Assembly: GCF_964204645.1 (NCBI RefSeq) | Contig: NC_134030.1 | Coordinates: 4,072,778 to 4,136,777 of the forward strand | Source of the DNA: Tubulanus polymorphus | Lineage: Eukaryota; Animalia; Nemertea | Length of the DNA stretch: 64,000 bases | Reading direction: 5' to 3' | Shown here: piece after piece, positions 13,446-26,000 of the stretch | Position numbering within the stretch: position 1 is the first letter of the stretch | Layout: the number at the start of each line of letters is the position of its first letter | The notes under the pieces: generated by a model | Told to the model about the DNA's origin: nothing | The model's database searches: none | The model's input: only the letters and a program-made list of their open reading frames with translations | Made by a program: the position numbers and the translations under genes

Positions 13446-14176
13446 TTTGGTTCTTTGCACCTGAAGGTTGTCAGGTGTTATTAGAAAACACTAATAGTGG
13501 GGTTGAATTAAGTTACTGCTTTCATTAGGCAGTCAAAGAAATTGTCCAAAAAGACCAATGAGGTTAAATTACATTGCTGCGTTATATCATGACTCAACTC
13601 ATCTTCGTCGCTGACTGAGTGACCCTTTTTCTCTTGCGGAGGCCACCTTGTTTTACCGCAAGAATTCTGGTCCACGCTAACAAAGCTGAATATCGTTCAA
13701 GTCTTTGGGATGACAATTATCAGCTGGATTCTCCTTTCTGGATACATGTTAACTGATATTCAATTTTTATCATTTTCTTCTTGCAAAAGTTCTTAATCAA
13801 TATATAGGTGTAAAAGAATAATAGATATGACAGAGTATAAAAGAATACTAGATATAAAAGAATGATGTAAAATAATTATAATGTCCTTTGAACTTTACAT
13901 GTCAACTAAACATTATTGGAAATACTGCTGCCTGTTAATTACTACATTCTGTTTTAAGGGTGATGATTAAAATTTGGATGAATCATTACTTTGTTCAGTA
14001 GATGCGTTAAATAGCCCTTGAAGCAGCTAAACTGGGTCAGAGTGTTTTATCAATGCTGATAAACTCTAAACCTGAGTTAACAAAGCTTCAAAACATTGCA
14101 GCCAATTCTTTAAAAGTCTTGTCCATTATAGACTTAAAAGTGAAGATCGATCATCATAAACACCGGTGAAAACAAT

Positions 14177-14232
14177 TGACGTCTCACTTAGCACCTGACG
14201 TCTCACTTTGCACCTGACGTCTCACTTTGCAC
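14177..14232 (+). repeat. Three 19-bp direct repeats, each starting TGACGT (CRE/ATF-like core)
   Basis: TGACGTCTCACTT(A/T)GCAC at 14177, 14196 and 14215. Confidence 0.85.
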
Positions 14233-14549
14233 TGATGCATCCATGCACTAACGCACTTGCATGAAATGGCACTAAATACATAAAGACACACAGATTGTGT
14301 TTATGTATTTTTCAGGGTATACACATGCACACCCGCGGGTCCATGTAGCGTGCTATCTTTCTTTGTTCGTGTGTGGAAATAATTTGTGATAAGATTAAAC
14401 ACCCATTTTGTAGAGAAAAATGTGAAAGGTTAATGATTAATTGTAAAAGTGGTAGAAATTAAATGTGAAAAAATCAATGTCTGAAATAATATAGTGAAGA
14501 TTCAGTCGCAGTGATTATAGAGAGATTGTAGTGTCAGATCAACCAGATC

Positions 14550-15875
14550 AGTTGTACTGAGTTATCTCCCTCAAAGTCAGGAGCAACGTGACAAAGAGTC
14601 ACAGTGAAAGTTAACAGTTCCAGAGGAACATCGAGTCATGAGTCTGAACTGACTTTAAATCAGGTATGATATTGAAATTGTATAAATCAATTTTCAAAGT
14701 CTCAAAATTGAAAATTATTCATATTTTGTGTTTTCTTGTAGCAAATATTGAGAGGTCCAAAGAACTGAGTCACCAGAGATGAGACAATCACCAGCCATCC
14801 GTTAGATGAATGTCGCCACTGAGATCAGTGGTACTGATTCATCTCCGTCAAAGTCAGCAAAAAAGTTACAGTCGCAAAGGAAAGTAAACAGTTCCAGAGG
14901 AACGTCGAGTCATTAGTCTGAACTGACTATAAATCAGGTATGATATTGAAATTATAGGGATCAATTTTCAATGTCTCAAAATTAAGAATTATTCATGCTT
15001 TGTGTTTTCTTGTAGCAAATATTGACGAATAAAGTGTCACCAGAGATGAGACAATCACCAGGCATCAGTTAGATGAATGTCACCACTCAGATCAGTAGTA
15101 GTGAGTAATCTCCGTCAAAGTAGGGAACAAAGTTACTGAGTCACGAGGAAAGTTAACAGTTCCAACGGAACGTCGAGTCATTAGTCTGAACTGACTATAA
15201 ATCAGGTATGTTAAGATACAGATAACATTGATTTCTTGTTTTAGGAAAAGTCCCAAACATTATGATGGTTTGTTACATGTTTTCTTATAGCAAATCGTTA
15301 GACACGCAATACCAGAGGAATGATCAGTCACTGAACAAACTATAAGTCAGTCATGAAAATTATTCATATTTTTTGTTTTCTTGTAGCAAATGTGGAGAGG
15401 TTTACCACAGAACTGATTGTCACCAGAGATGAGACAATCACCGGGCATCAGTTAGATGAATGTCACCACTGAGATCAGTAGTACTAAGTCAACTGCCTCA
15501 GTCAAGCTGCAAAGTAGAGTCACAAAGTTAACAGTTGCAAAGGAACGTCGAGTCATTAGTCTGAACTGACTATAAATCAGGTATGATATTGAAAATTACA
15601 TCAATTTTCAAGTCTTACATTATTCAAAATTATTCATATTTTGAGTTTTCCTGTTGTAATAAGGAAATATCTAGAGATGGTATGTTACTACAAGATGGAA
15701 AAATACCTGCAGGGATTTACATGAATATTCCTTAGTTGAAAGGATGAAAGAATGGATGAGTCATGAATCTGAATTGACTATAAATCAGGTATATATTGTA
15801 ATAGATAGATTAATTTTATTGATTTAGTGATTGTTGAAACTATCCTTTAAAGTTCGTTGTTTGATTGTCTTGTAG
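14550..15875 (+). pseudogene. Tandemly duplicated exon-intron module (~270 bp, 5-6 copies) with intact splice signals but interrupted reading frames
   Basis: Donors AATCAG|GTAT at 14664, 14938, 15206, 15581 and 15789; acceptors TTTTCTT(G/A)TAG|CAAAT ending at 14741, 15015, 15290 and 15386; introns of 78-87 nt; Ser/Thr-rich residual frame with stops. Confidence 0.6.
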
Positions 15876-15956
15876 GTGAAAATATGTGAAACATCTAATT
15901 AAACACGATGTTGGCTTTGATATTCAGATGGCATCTGTTGACCATTTGAGAATACC

Positions 15957-16445
15957 TGCGTTGCTGGAACTTGTAGAACACTAATGCGTTGCTGGAACTT
16001 GGAACTCTAATGCGTTGCTGGAACTTGGAGAACACTAATGTGTTGCTGGAACTTGGAACTGTAATGCGTTGCTGGAACTTGGAGAACTCTAGTGCGTTGC
16101 TGGAACTTGAAGAACTCTAATGCGTTGCTGGAACTTGGAGAACTCGAATGCGTTGCTGGAACTTGGAGAACACTAATGCGTTGCTGGAACTTGGAGAACT
16201 CTAATGCGTTGCTGGAACTTGGAACTCTAATGCGTTGCTGGAACTTGGAGAACACTTATGTGTCGCTGGAACTTGGAACTCCAATGCGTTGCTGGAACTT
16301 GGAGAACTCGAATGCGTTGCTGGAACTTGGAGAACTCTAATGCGTTGCTGGAACTTGGAGAACTCTAATGTGTTGCTCGAACTTGGAGAACTCTAATGTG
16401 TTGCTCGAACTTGGAGAACTCTAATGCATGTTAAGACTTGGAGAA
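15957..16445. repeat. 28-bp (and 25-bp variant) minisatellite, ~17 copies
   Basis: AATGCGTTGCTGGAACTTGGAGAACTCT repeated head to tail. Confidence 0.95.
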
Positions 16446-17445
16446 TTATTGTCTGGGTGCAACTGACCCTGTATGTGAACATGTGTGTTCAATTTGAATT
16501 TTATTTTAATTTAAATAAAACAAGTTAGAATATCTTTGATTGTTTCTAAAGAGTATTTGATGTTGTTTTGAGGTGGAACTGAAATGCAGCAGTCAGTTCC
16601 GTAGTGTGTTTGAATATTGACATAACATGATGACTGACCTTGATTTATTTGTGTTGACTTCTGTCAGTGTTTGTTAATTACGACTGTTTTAATTCATTTG
16701 TTATTGCAAATACATATTTATTTCAATAAAATGGTATGAGGATCTGTAGAGGAGCTGAGTCAACTTGGTGTTGAATAAGTAAAACGAGGTGGTTAGTACT
16801 TTATAGGTGTGACTTGTGTATTTGAAGTACCGGCACGAGCTTTTAAATTTATTGATTTCATGGTGTTTAAATGTTTAAATAAATTATATTGATTTAAAAT
16901 GGTGTTTGATAATTGGTTGAATGAAGTCTTTGTTTACTTATGTTTACTTATATGATACATGTACGTATTGAACTATTGATCACAACTACTGATCTATTCG
17001 TGGTTTAGTTGTTCGCTACAAATTGTTTTGTGGTTCTTTTTCTGTAATCTACAGTAGACTCGGCTCTTGACTCGAATCTCATTAATCAAGTATAGTATCG
17101 CATTGACTCGAGCTCTCCCTCTCTCTCTCCTCGACTGACTTGTTCGAATGGATTTTAGTTAGAACTCGGGCTACTCATGGACATGTAAACTAGTTAAAGT
17201 CCAGATTATATTTACACTTTTATAAAGTGTAATGAGAGATAACTTCAGTAAACTTTCACTTCAATTCGTGCCAATCTTGGTCTCAGTTCGTCCCAGTAAG
17301 GGTGAGCCGGTTTACTGTAGTGTTTGTCACCTTACCCCAGACCTGCTGGATTACAATCTTATTTAAAGATGAATATTATAGACAGCAGATTGATACAGTT
17401 TTATTTTACAAACAGAAGATGTGTTAGAAATAAACTAATCTAATA

Positions 17446-17705
17446 GAGGTTCATAGTATACTGCGAGATGAGTTGATCCCTACACTGTACAGAGGTGTCC
17501 CGGGTTCGAATCCAGTAATAACTGACGCTGATTCAGAGTGGTCCTGATGCTGAATAGAAGATGTACAGGGATGTCCTGGGTTCGAACCCAGTAATCACCG
17601 ACACTGATTCAGAATGGCCCTGATGCTGAATAGAAGATTTACAGGGATGTCCTGGGTTCAAACCCAGTAATCACCGACACTGATTCAGAATGGCCCTGAT
17701 GCTGA
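17446..17705 (+). repeat. tRNA-related (SINE-like) sequence amplified as three 76-bp units, each with a Pol III B-box
   Basis: GGGTTCGAATCC, GGGTTCGAACCC and GGGTTCAAACCC at 17502, 17578 and 17654; no full cloverleaf found. Confidence 0.7.
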
Positions 17706-20070
17706 AAAGGGGATCTATTTAATTGTTTTTGTTACCTCGCACAAATCTTAGCGCGCAAAAACGAAATAATTTGTTTTTGCGCGGGAAAATTTGTTTTTTG
17801 TGGAGGATGAAAAACATATCCGTATGTCCCGATCAGCCACCATAGTTGTTCTAGAAGAACATGGCTGATTATTCCAAGCGAATAACTTTCCTTTTCGACT
17901 ATAATTAACAACCAACAATCATTACTCACTTAATATTGATGTAAACATTGCATTAACCTTGGGATTTACGAAGTTGTCGTCGAAGCGTTCGTTATCGCGC
18001 AGATAACTTAACAGTACAACATTATTCTGACGACATAAAACTGTCAAACTCGCGAATTACCGGACAGTGAAGAATTATGACACGGGATTAATTGTATACA
18101 ACATACGTCACAGGACGGAATAATACAGCGATATTGTACGTGTCCTTTTATTCATAATTCATCGTAAACTACTCGCATCCCTTCTCGTATTCAGAAACAA
18201 ACATTGATTATTATCATATCGACCGGCTTATAAATTGCGACTGTTTCTCCTCGGAGATACTATTCCTGTCCCAGTGGCTTAAATAAGACTGTACAACTGC
18301 CGATTGTCATCAATCGCCGTCTCGATCGGCACAGTTGTTTCCGGGTCAGCGAACGCTTACTATTTAATTTGGCAAAATCTGTCTCTGGATTCGATTGAGA
18401 ACTCGAAAAGAAAATGAATTAGTGAAAATTGTTACATCGACGCAAAATTTGAATTTATCGGTTCGAAAACCTCGTAACGCGATAAAACGGTCGAAATTAA
18501 ACTGACGCCTTTAGATCTCGCTTTTATGACTCGAAACTATCTACTAGTCTTAATAAACATATATCATTTAATGCCCCCCGATGAAAAAAGCCGCTCTCCG
18601 GCCGAATAAAGCAATTTGCTACAGTGCGACGAGCTGCTCAATTTGGCGACAGGATTATCGACAACTCGTCTCAAATCATGGGAAGCAATATTTCCCTGAG
18701 GAGTATACGATCAACTAACAGCGTTCTCATTTCAGCATAGTGATCCGTTTAAAACGTATAATATCGTTAGCTACTTCTACGATACATACGCTAATTATAT
18801 ACTTAATGCTTTCGATCATATTGAATTCCATCTGTCAAGACGAACAACGAAACAGTTAAAACGGCTCTCATATTGTTGACGCGTTAGAAAAATAAAGAAC
18901 CGAACGATATTTTGTGATGATCTGGTTTTCAGAAATCAAGAGAAGATATTTCGCAATTAACACAGTTTTCTAAAAACAGATATCATCCCTATAAACTACA
19001 AGTTTATTACCGATGAGATTTCATATCAAAATCTGCAATAAAAAATCCAGGCCAAATATATATACCCGATACGGGTGGATAAGAGTAGATACATTTCCCA
19101 TGATATTGTACTTGGGGGGAAATGTAGGCTACGTCGAGAGCGTGTCCATTTTATAGGAACGGTCGTATCTGAATCTGTCCATATGTGGTATTATAGCGAA
19201 CATGACTGATTGCTGCTGAATTAAACTTTCGGGTTTAAATGTGACACTGGCCTATAAAACTCGCCCTGAATTATAGTAAATGAAATCCGTCTGTCAGAGA
19301 CACATGTAATCATCAACCCGAGTACAACATTGTCTCCATTTGAATTGTATTTCCCGCAGAAATCAATTCCTAGATCCGATTATCAGATTGTTAATGAGCT
19401 ATGAATATTATATTGGAAGGGTTGCGTTGCCATTTCACTTGCGTTTATAGTGTTATATCATCGTATGTCGGGATTGATTTCCGAACTGGGTTTGATGCGG
19501 CCGGCTTGTAAAGCACCTCTCACACGGTCCATAAATTGGGTAGAGGGAAGAAAATCACATTTTAAGTACATCCAAATTTTATTTCAACGTCAAATTCCAT
19601 AGGTTACATATCGTACAATTAAAGAAACAACGCATAAATGATATAGACGACAGACTTGGCTCGTATTGTAACTTTCATTGTTTCTTATTAAATTCTATGA
19701 TCAATCCCGATTGATAGGTTACCTCGAAAATCAGGTTTTTTTTTACAAATATCAACTATCTTTTCATTTACCGAGTGAGATGTGCTGAAAAAGTTTTAGG
19801 TTGATTTTCTATGTTGGATCACACTACAGAATGATTATACATCCATCTTCCTAAACGATGTAAAAAGAGACAATTTACGAGTATGATAATAAATGGCCAC
19901 ACAACACATGACAATAATACACATATAAAAAACATATACAGATATTAGATGTACACATCTTAAGACTATAGACATTAAGGAGGCAACTTTTAGTGACGGA
20001 ACTTTAGAACGTAGGTAGATATGGACCCGTATACTGTCGAACACGAAACAGACTCTTTCGGAAGGTCAAA

Positions 20071-23000
20071 TTAGATGTAGCTTCTCTTCTCCTCTTCATC
20101 GGGGTCGACAATTTTCCTTTTACGACACGACTGATATCCGAGCAGATCCAACACTTCGAACACCGTCAGAACACTGGCTCCGATAAATAAACCCATGGCA
20201 CCACCTATATCACCTGTAAGCACGACACAAAGACATCAAACAATAATTGGCTTTTGTTTCGATCTCGGTCGTTAACTAATGATCGTGTTTTTGCTACTCA
20301 CAAAGTAACGCGAATATATCGTAAGCGATCTGTTGTTCGACCAATTCGTAGTTCAGTTTGCGATAAAATATGTCGATTTGAAGGAAGTTCTCTCTGAAAT
20401 ATAAATATACGTATATACTCATGTATATTTATCTATTCGTAGCAATGTTACAAGTAGAAAATAAAAAAAGAGTCAAAGAGCAAAAAATTACTCTACTTTT
20501 ACTATTTACTTGGGGTGAGAAACATAGACATGTGCGTGATTATTTGAGGGGTTATTCCAATTATGTGTACGTAGATGCGTGATGAAGGTCACATCATGTA
20601 ACGACTTCAATATATTATACCTGCATTAGTTTACGGACTAGGTCCGATGTTTATGTGCTGAATGAAGTTTGAATTCGAATCGAATTTGAAACGTATTACG
20701 AACGATGCATATGATGTGTTGGTCTGATCGGCTGAATTTGTTGAAAAACAACCGCGCTTGCTTTGGTTTTCGATTAACATACAAGCATTCATAAACTCGT
20801 GGCCCAATCCGCCAATAATTTACCTGTAAAACTTAGTACCGATCTTATTATCGGCTAGATATTGTCTCTGCTGACTCATGAGACGCTGCAGGGATTCAGT
20901 TAATTCTATGTCTAGACCCGATACAGGATCGACCAAGTTGAATCCCGATTCGACCATTGCGGCGATGACACCCTTCTTGAACTCTGTATAATTGGTTTGC
21001 GCCCAACTGATGTTGCGACTGACCAGAGTATCGCTGTGTAGCCGGTAATAGGGCTGACTGTCCTCATCAGTCAGTATGAACTTCCAGATATCGAGGGATT
21101 GGCGCCGCATTTTCACCCAATTGTCCTATCATTAAAGAAACTTGACCATTAAATGTTCGTGTTAAATTTTAACACGACGGGCATTACCAGTGAAAAGTTG
21201 AAACATCCACAATTCAAACAACACCAATTGATACCCTTTACGTGCTACTCGCTTTTCCAGGGTTTTCCATGGGCGTGTATATAAGAGTGAAGGGACGAGG
21301 GATTTGGACTATTTAATGCTTACATGTTTTTTCCTAATTTCCTATTGCACAATAATATTTTTACTCTGGTTGCTGTGTTTTCTAACTATTATCATAGAAG
21401 TGTAAGTGATTACATGATATCATGTATCCACAATCTTTGTAACAAACGGATTATGCAAAATAAACTACAACTATGATTCGCCAACTTCTTTTTTCGCGAT
21501 GCTTCTGAATACTGAAAGTCGTCGTACGGTTTCGATTACCTTCAATGACTGCGTTCTCGTGCGCACCTCGTCAAAGTACGTGCTGATACCAGCGAGGATG
21601 TCTTCCATTCGTGGCGCAGTCGTCTGTCTAGAAATACTCGTCCATCCGATAGTTTGATTCGCCAAATAATCGTGCAACAAATTACTAGTTTCCAGGAATT
21701 GCGGCCACAGATTTGTGATCATCCATTTGACGCCCTTACGAAGACTGTTTAGATTTATTTTCATTTCTGAGTAGGTTTCGGAGACCGAAGATTTCAAGTC
21801 GTCGAATCGTTCGATGCGATCGGCGAGCACGCGTTCCGGGTACGAATACACGTCCGACAACATGAAATCGCGATCTCGGTAAAAACCGCGAATCGCCGAC
21901 AAAAATTCGTCGATGATCGCGCGCATTTTGAACGACGATTGAAACCCTTTATCGTAAACATGTCTCAGATAATCGGTCATATTATCGCAAACTTTGTCGA
22001 TACGTTTCAAGTGATCGGCGGCGCTTTGAATGTACCTTTTCACATTCGGCGTTCGCGTAACTGCGTCTTGAAGAAGTTGTATAGGCGCGATGATTCGAGC
22101 GTCTAATTCAGTGAAACTCTTGTACGGATAGTTGAATATAGCTTGACCGCGGTTGTAAGACGCAAACGCCTGCGTACAGTTCTCCAGGGCTAACAGCGCT
22201 AGGCCCTTACGCGCTTTGATCGCTTCGAACATGGTCAAATACAGCATTTGACGTTGGATGGGATCGTCGTTAACGGCGAAGACTAAACGGTTCAAATACT
22301 GTTCGTAAGTATGAACGAATGTGAAATATCCACGCGGTACTTCACTCCAGGTCGCTTCGTCCATAGCCATAACACCGCGATAGAAATTCTTCAGGCAGAC
22401 ATGTTGCTGTAACGACGAAACTCGTTTCTTCTTCCTCCACGCGGATATCAGTTCATCGAACGTATCATCGACGTGATCTGTGTATTTGATGACGGTGCTG
22501 TTTATCTTTACCAGGAGTTCTTCTACTTCCCGCGCTGCTCGCAGTATCCGGGCGATATTTTCCGAATTCTCGTTGAAGTATTTGTTCACAACAGCCGCCT
22601 TAGTGTCTCGAGCTTTTATGTAGCGTTCAAGAAGTGCCGAACTGTTGAGCATTGACTTAACCGTGTCAACGTCGAGATAAGACGTGGTCGAGTAGGAAAA
22701 ATTCGGTTCGTATATCGTGCTGGTACATGGAAGATCACATTTACACATATGCGCCATATATCGCCGATAATACACTGTTGAGAACAAACGTTTCCGATAA
22801 TACGACAGGTTACAAAATGTAGGGGATGCAAAAACACTTTAAAGAGGTCATCCATGCATAATTATAGCCTATATATTTCTAGCGTCCGATACCTACTTTT
22901 ATTTTCCTTTATGCAACTTTCTTGTGATATGGTGCAAACTGGTGGATTACCTACAAAATGAGCGATTAATGTTCTCGTCAGGCTCTATATATAGCTTTAA

Positions 23001-26000
23001 CAACCGTCTTACTCGTTATCAATTTCATTTGAACAAAGTACCATTTTTAGAAGGCATGTACGCTAATCGGCAACCACACATGGTCTCATAAAAGTTTGTT
23101 TTGCACGACATTCGGCACCCGACTTGCGAGTATGTTTCGTAATAGTGAGTTGGATTGCCTTCTGTGCAATTTCCGTGCGGTTTTGGCAAGTTCTTCATCT
23201 GCAAACGAACAAACAACTGTTTGCATAAAAATAAACGACATTTCTAGATATTTTCAAAAAAACGTGCATAACGTATATCAGAACATGTTTTCCAAATAGA
23301 TATCGCCTGACAACTGCCATTAATTAGCCCTTTATACAACGGCCATTAAAATCAATTTGTTGCTTCATATGCAAAAAAATGATTCGGCGCCATCGGGCTG
23401 TTTTATTTCAAAGCTTATAACTTGGATTTGTATTCGACATTGTAGAAGTTTGATAAACTTAGAAGCTCGTCTATGTGCTATGCTCCATCAGTCTTACCAC
23501 GGTAACTTTGATTCCAGCATACGTATGCGTTCCAGTTGATAGAGCTTGTCCCAAGTCGTGCACGAGTGGAACTTCGTTATGTTCGTACAGTAACATTTTG
23601 ATTCCTGCCGAATCATGGGGTCCTCTCATGTATTCGTATTGCTCCACGTTCATTATCAGTCGTAGACCGTTCTCTGAACCTAGAAAACGAAATGAAGATA
23701 AAACATACGATAGTTCACAGTCATTAATAAGTTTTTATTAATAGGGCTTTTGGAATCCAGGGCAAGATAGACTCAGAGAGGGACAGGGCCGGATCCAACG
23801 ATCTCAAGGGTTTTCCAAAAATATAAGGGCACTCAATAGTATGGGCTTTCGTATCCATGCCTCGCAAGCGCGAAGCCATTGAAGGGGTCTGGGTTGGGGA
23901 ACCTCCACCAGAAAATCTTTGGATAATTTTGGGCCATTCTGGTGGTTTTTGGAGGCATAAAAGCTGATTTGAAAAACATGACATTGATGCTAAGTTCTAA
24001 ACCAAGACTGAGAAGAAAAGGACTTGCTTTCAAGTGATAGGATAATGAAGTTTAACATTTCACTGATATGACACAAAAAATAACTTGTAATACATGTAAT
24101 GCAAAATAGAAACAAATGAATTGACATCTTTATCAACTTTCAAGTAGATTTTTTTAAAAAGGGTACGGGCAAAGCTCGACATTGTGTTCGCACCCCTCGA
24201 AGCCCCCTGGATCCGCTACTGGGTCCAATATGGGACTGGCTAAGCAACTTACCAGTTTCTGAGGATCTGATTGGAGGTTTCGCACCATGATTGAACGCAT
24301 AACAGGGGCCAAAATCCGTGAAAATCGGAACGAAATCATCCGAATCGCAGCGACCGTCATTCCAACGACACCTTCAACAAAATAAGCATCGTAATTATAA
24401 ACCGAACAATCGCTTTATACAAAATCGATTCGAAAATCATTCGAAAATCGCTTTGCAGATTTTACTGGTAACATAATTGCATGAATTAGAATTTTGTGCG
24501 AATGTACTTTAACACTTCGCCATTTTTAACGTCGGTATTCCTTTTTCCAACTTAATGGTGCTAATAGTGTTGTACTTTTATTGTAGCGATATAAACCTGT
24601 TAATAGTGATGTTTGTCTTGAATAATTGAGTCGCAATTCTAGTGGATCTGCGACGTATTGAAGCTTAAAAGCGATACGACTGGTTCTAGTTATCCATAGC
24701 GATAGTTGAAAAATAACTGCTGATAACGATGTTGTATTTATTTTATAAATTCGAATTCAAACAAATTGTTCTACTTGATATCTGCTGGTAGATTTCACCC
24801 GTCACGAACGCTTCAAATGTCTACCTCGCTAATTAACCAGATATTTTCGACGACCCTTGTCTCGAGTGGGAGGTTGACATAACAAAATATGACAACGCGA
24901 GGGCAGTGCATGAGGGCGAAATCAGAAAAACACTTTTTTTCTCATGTCCACCGGACGCTCCCGTACGAAGGCGATTATTTTTCAGGCACTGATATATTTC
25001 TATTACGATTTATTTCTCATTGCGGAATTATTTTCACTTGCGAACATATTTTGATGGAATTTATTTTAATTATGTGTCAAGAAAATATTTCATGGCCCTT
25101 ATCAGTCACTATACGTCTTACAATTCATGAAAGAATAGAGTTGTGAATCATGTTTATTCATTTATTCGTGGAAATATGAATCGGCATTTTGACAATTCGA
25201 TGCAGAAATAAATTCAAATCTTACCATACAATCATGTCCTCTTTTCTATGCGATGTTTTAGCGAGTAGTTCTTGTGAGTTGAGATTTTCAGCGTTGTACA
25301 TCGTTAGATTCAACTTCCAGCCGTCTCCGCCCTCTCTGTTGTGCATATCGTCCAGTAATGGATAGAGTCCCAATCGAGTAGCTTCAGTTACTCTTCAAAT
25401 AGATCCATACATTCATCGTAGGAATTAAAGTAATAATAATAGTAATAGTAATTTAGTAAAAGATGATAATAATTCATTTTCATTTTACAACTAAAGCATG
25501 TTCCGATGTCGCGATCTCAGAAATTTAAGAGAATGCTCAGAACACAATGAGAACAATTTCTGGGCATGATATATGATTTGAAAAGAGATTGTAGCAGGTT
25601 TCCCCCGTATATATATCATATTGTATATGAGCGTACGTAGTATGTATATAGACAAACACTTCCATGTAGAAACTGTTGTAATCCGACTAACCTAAACCAG
25701 TTCATGTTACAAAGAACCACTGACGGAAAAGTGAGAGTTTCATTAAAGTTGATCTCCACGTTGACGGTGACTGGATAACCGTAATAATAGATGATTCGAT
25801 CTACAATCTGCCTGGTCATCACTGCAGTGCATAAACTAATGACGAAAAACCAGGCTAATCTGAAACAAATGAACAACGAATAAAGCTACGTAACGTAGTC
25901 ATTTATGAATTGCTTAAGTAGTCTAGAAGTTCTGTCAATCAGAAATTACGATAGAATTTTTAATTACAGTCGAATTGGTCAGTTTTTCATTTAATTGTTT

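Noticed and set aside
15957-16445. 28-bp repeat as CRISPR, or ORFs 16007-16255 and 16092-16340 as proteins
   Set aside because: Head-to-tail minisatellite without spacers; the ORFs simply cycle through frames of the repeat.
17446-17705. tRNA genes (also at 40570-40630, 45228-45285 and 46078-46143)
   Set aside because: B-boxes are present, but acceptor, D and anticodon stems do not form; treated as SINE-derived.
18290-18345. Hairpin resembling a pre-miRNA
   Set aside because: The stem is short and bulged, and I recognise no known mature miRNA; unsupported without small-RNA data.
21471-22787. 438-aa ORF as a stand-alone gene
   Set aside because: It begins with the DEG/ENaC thumb end (CKCDLPC) and has phase-compatible splice sites at 22774 and 21540; it is an internal exon.
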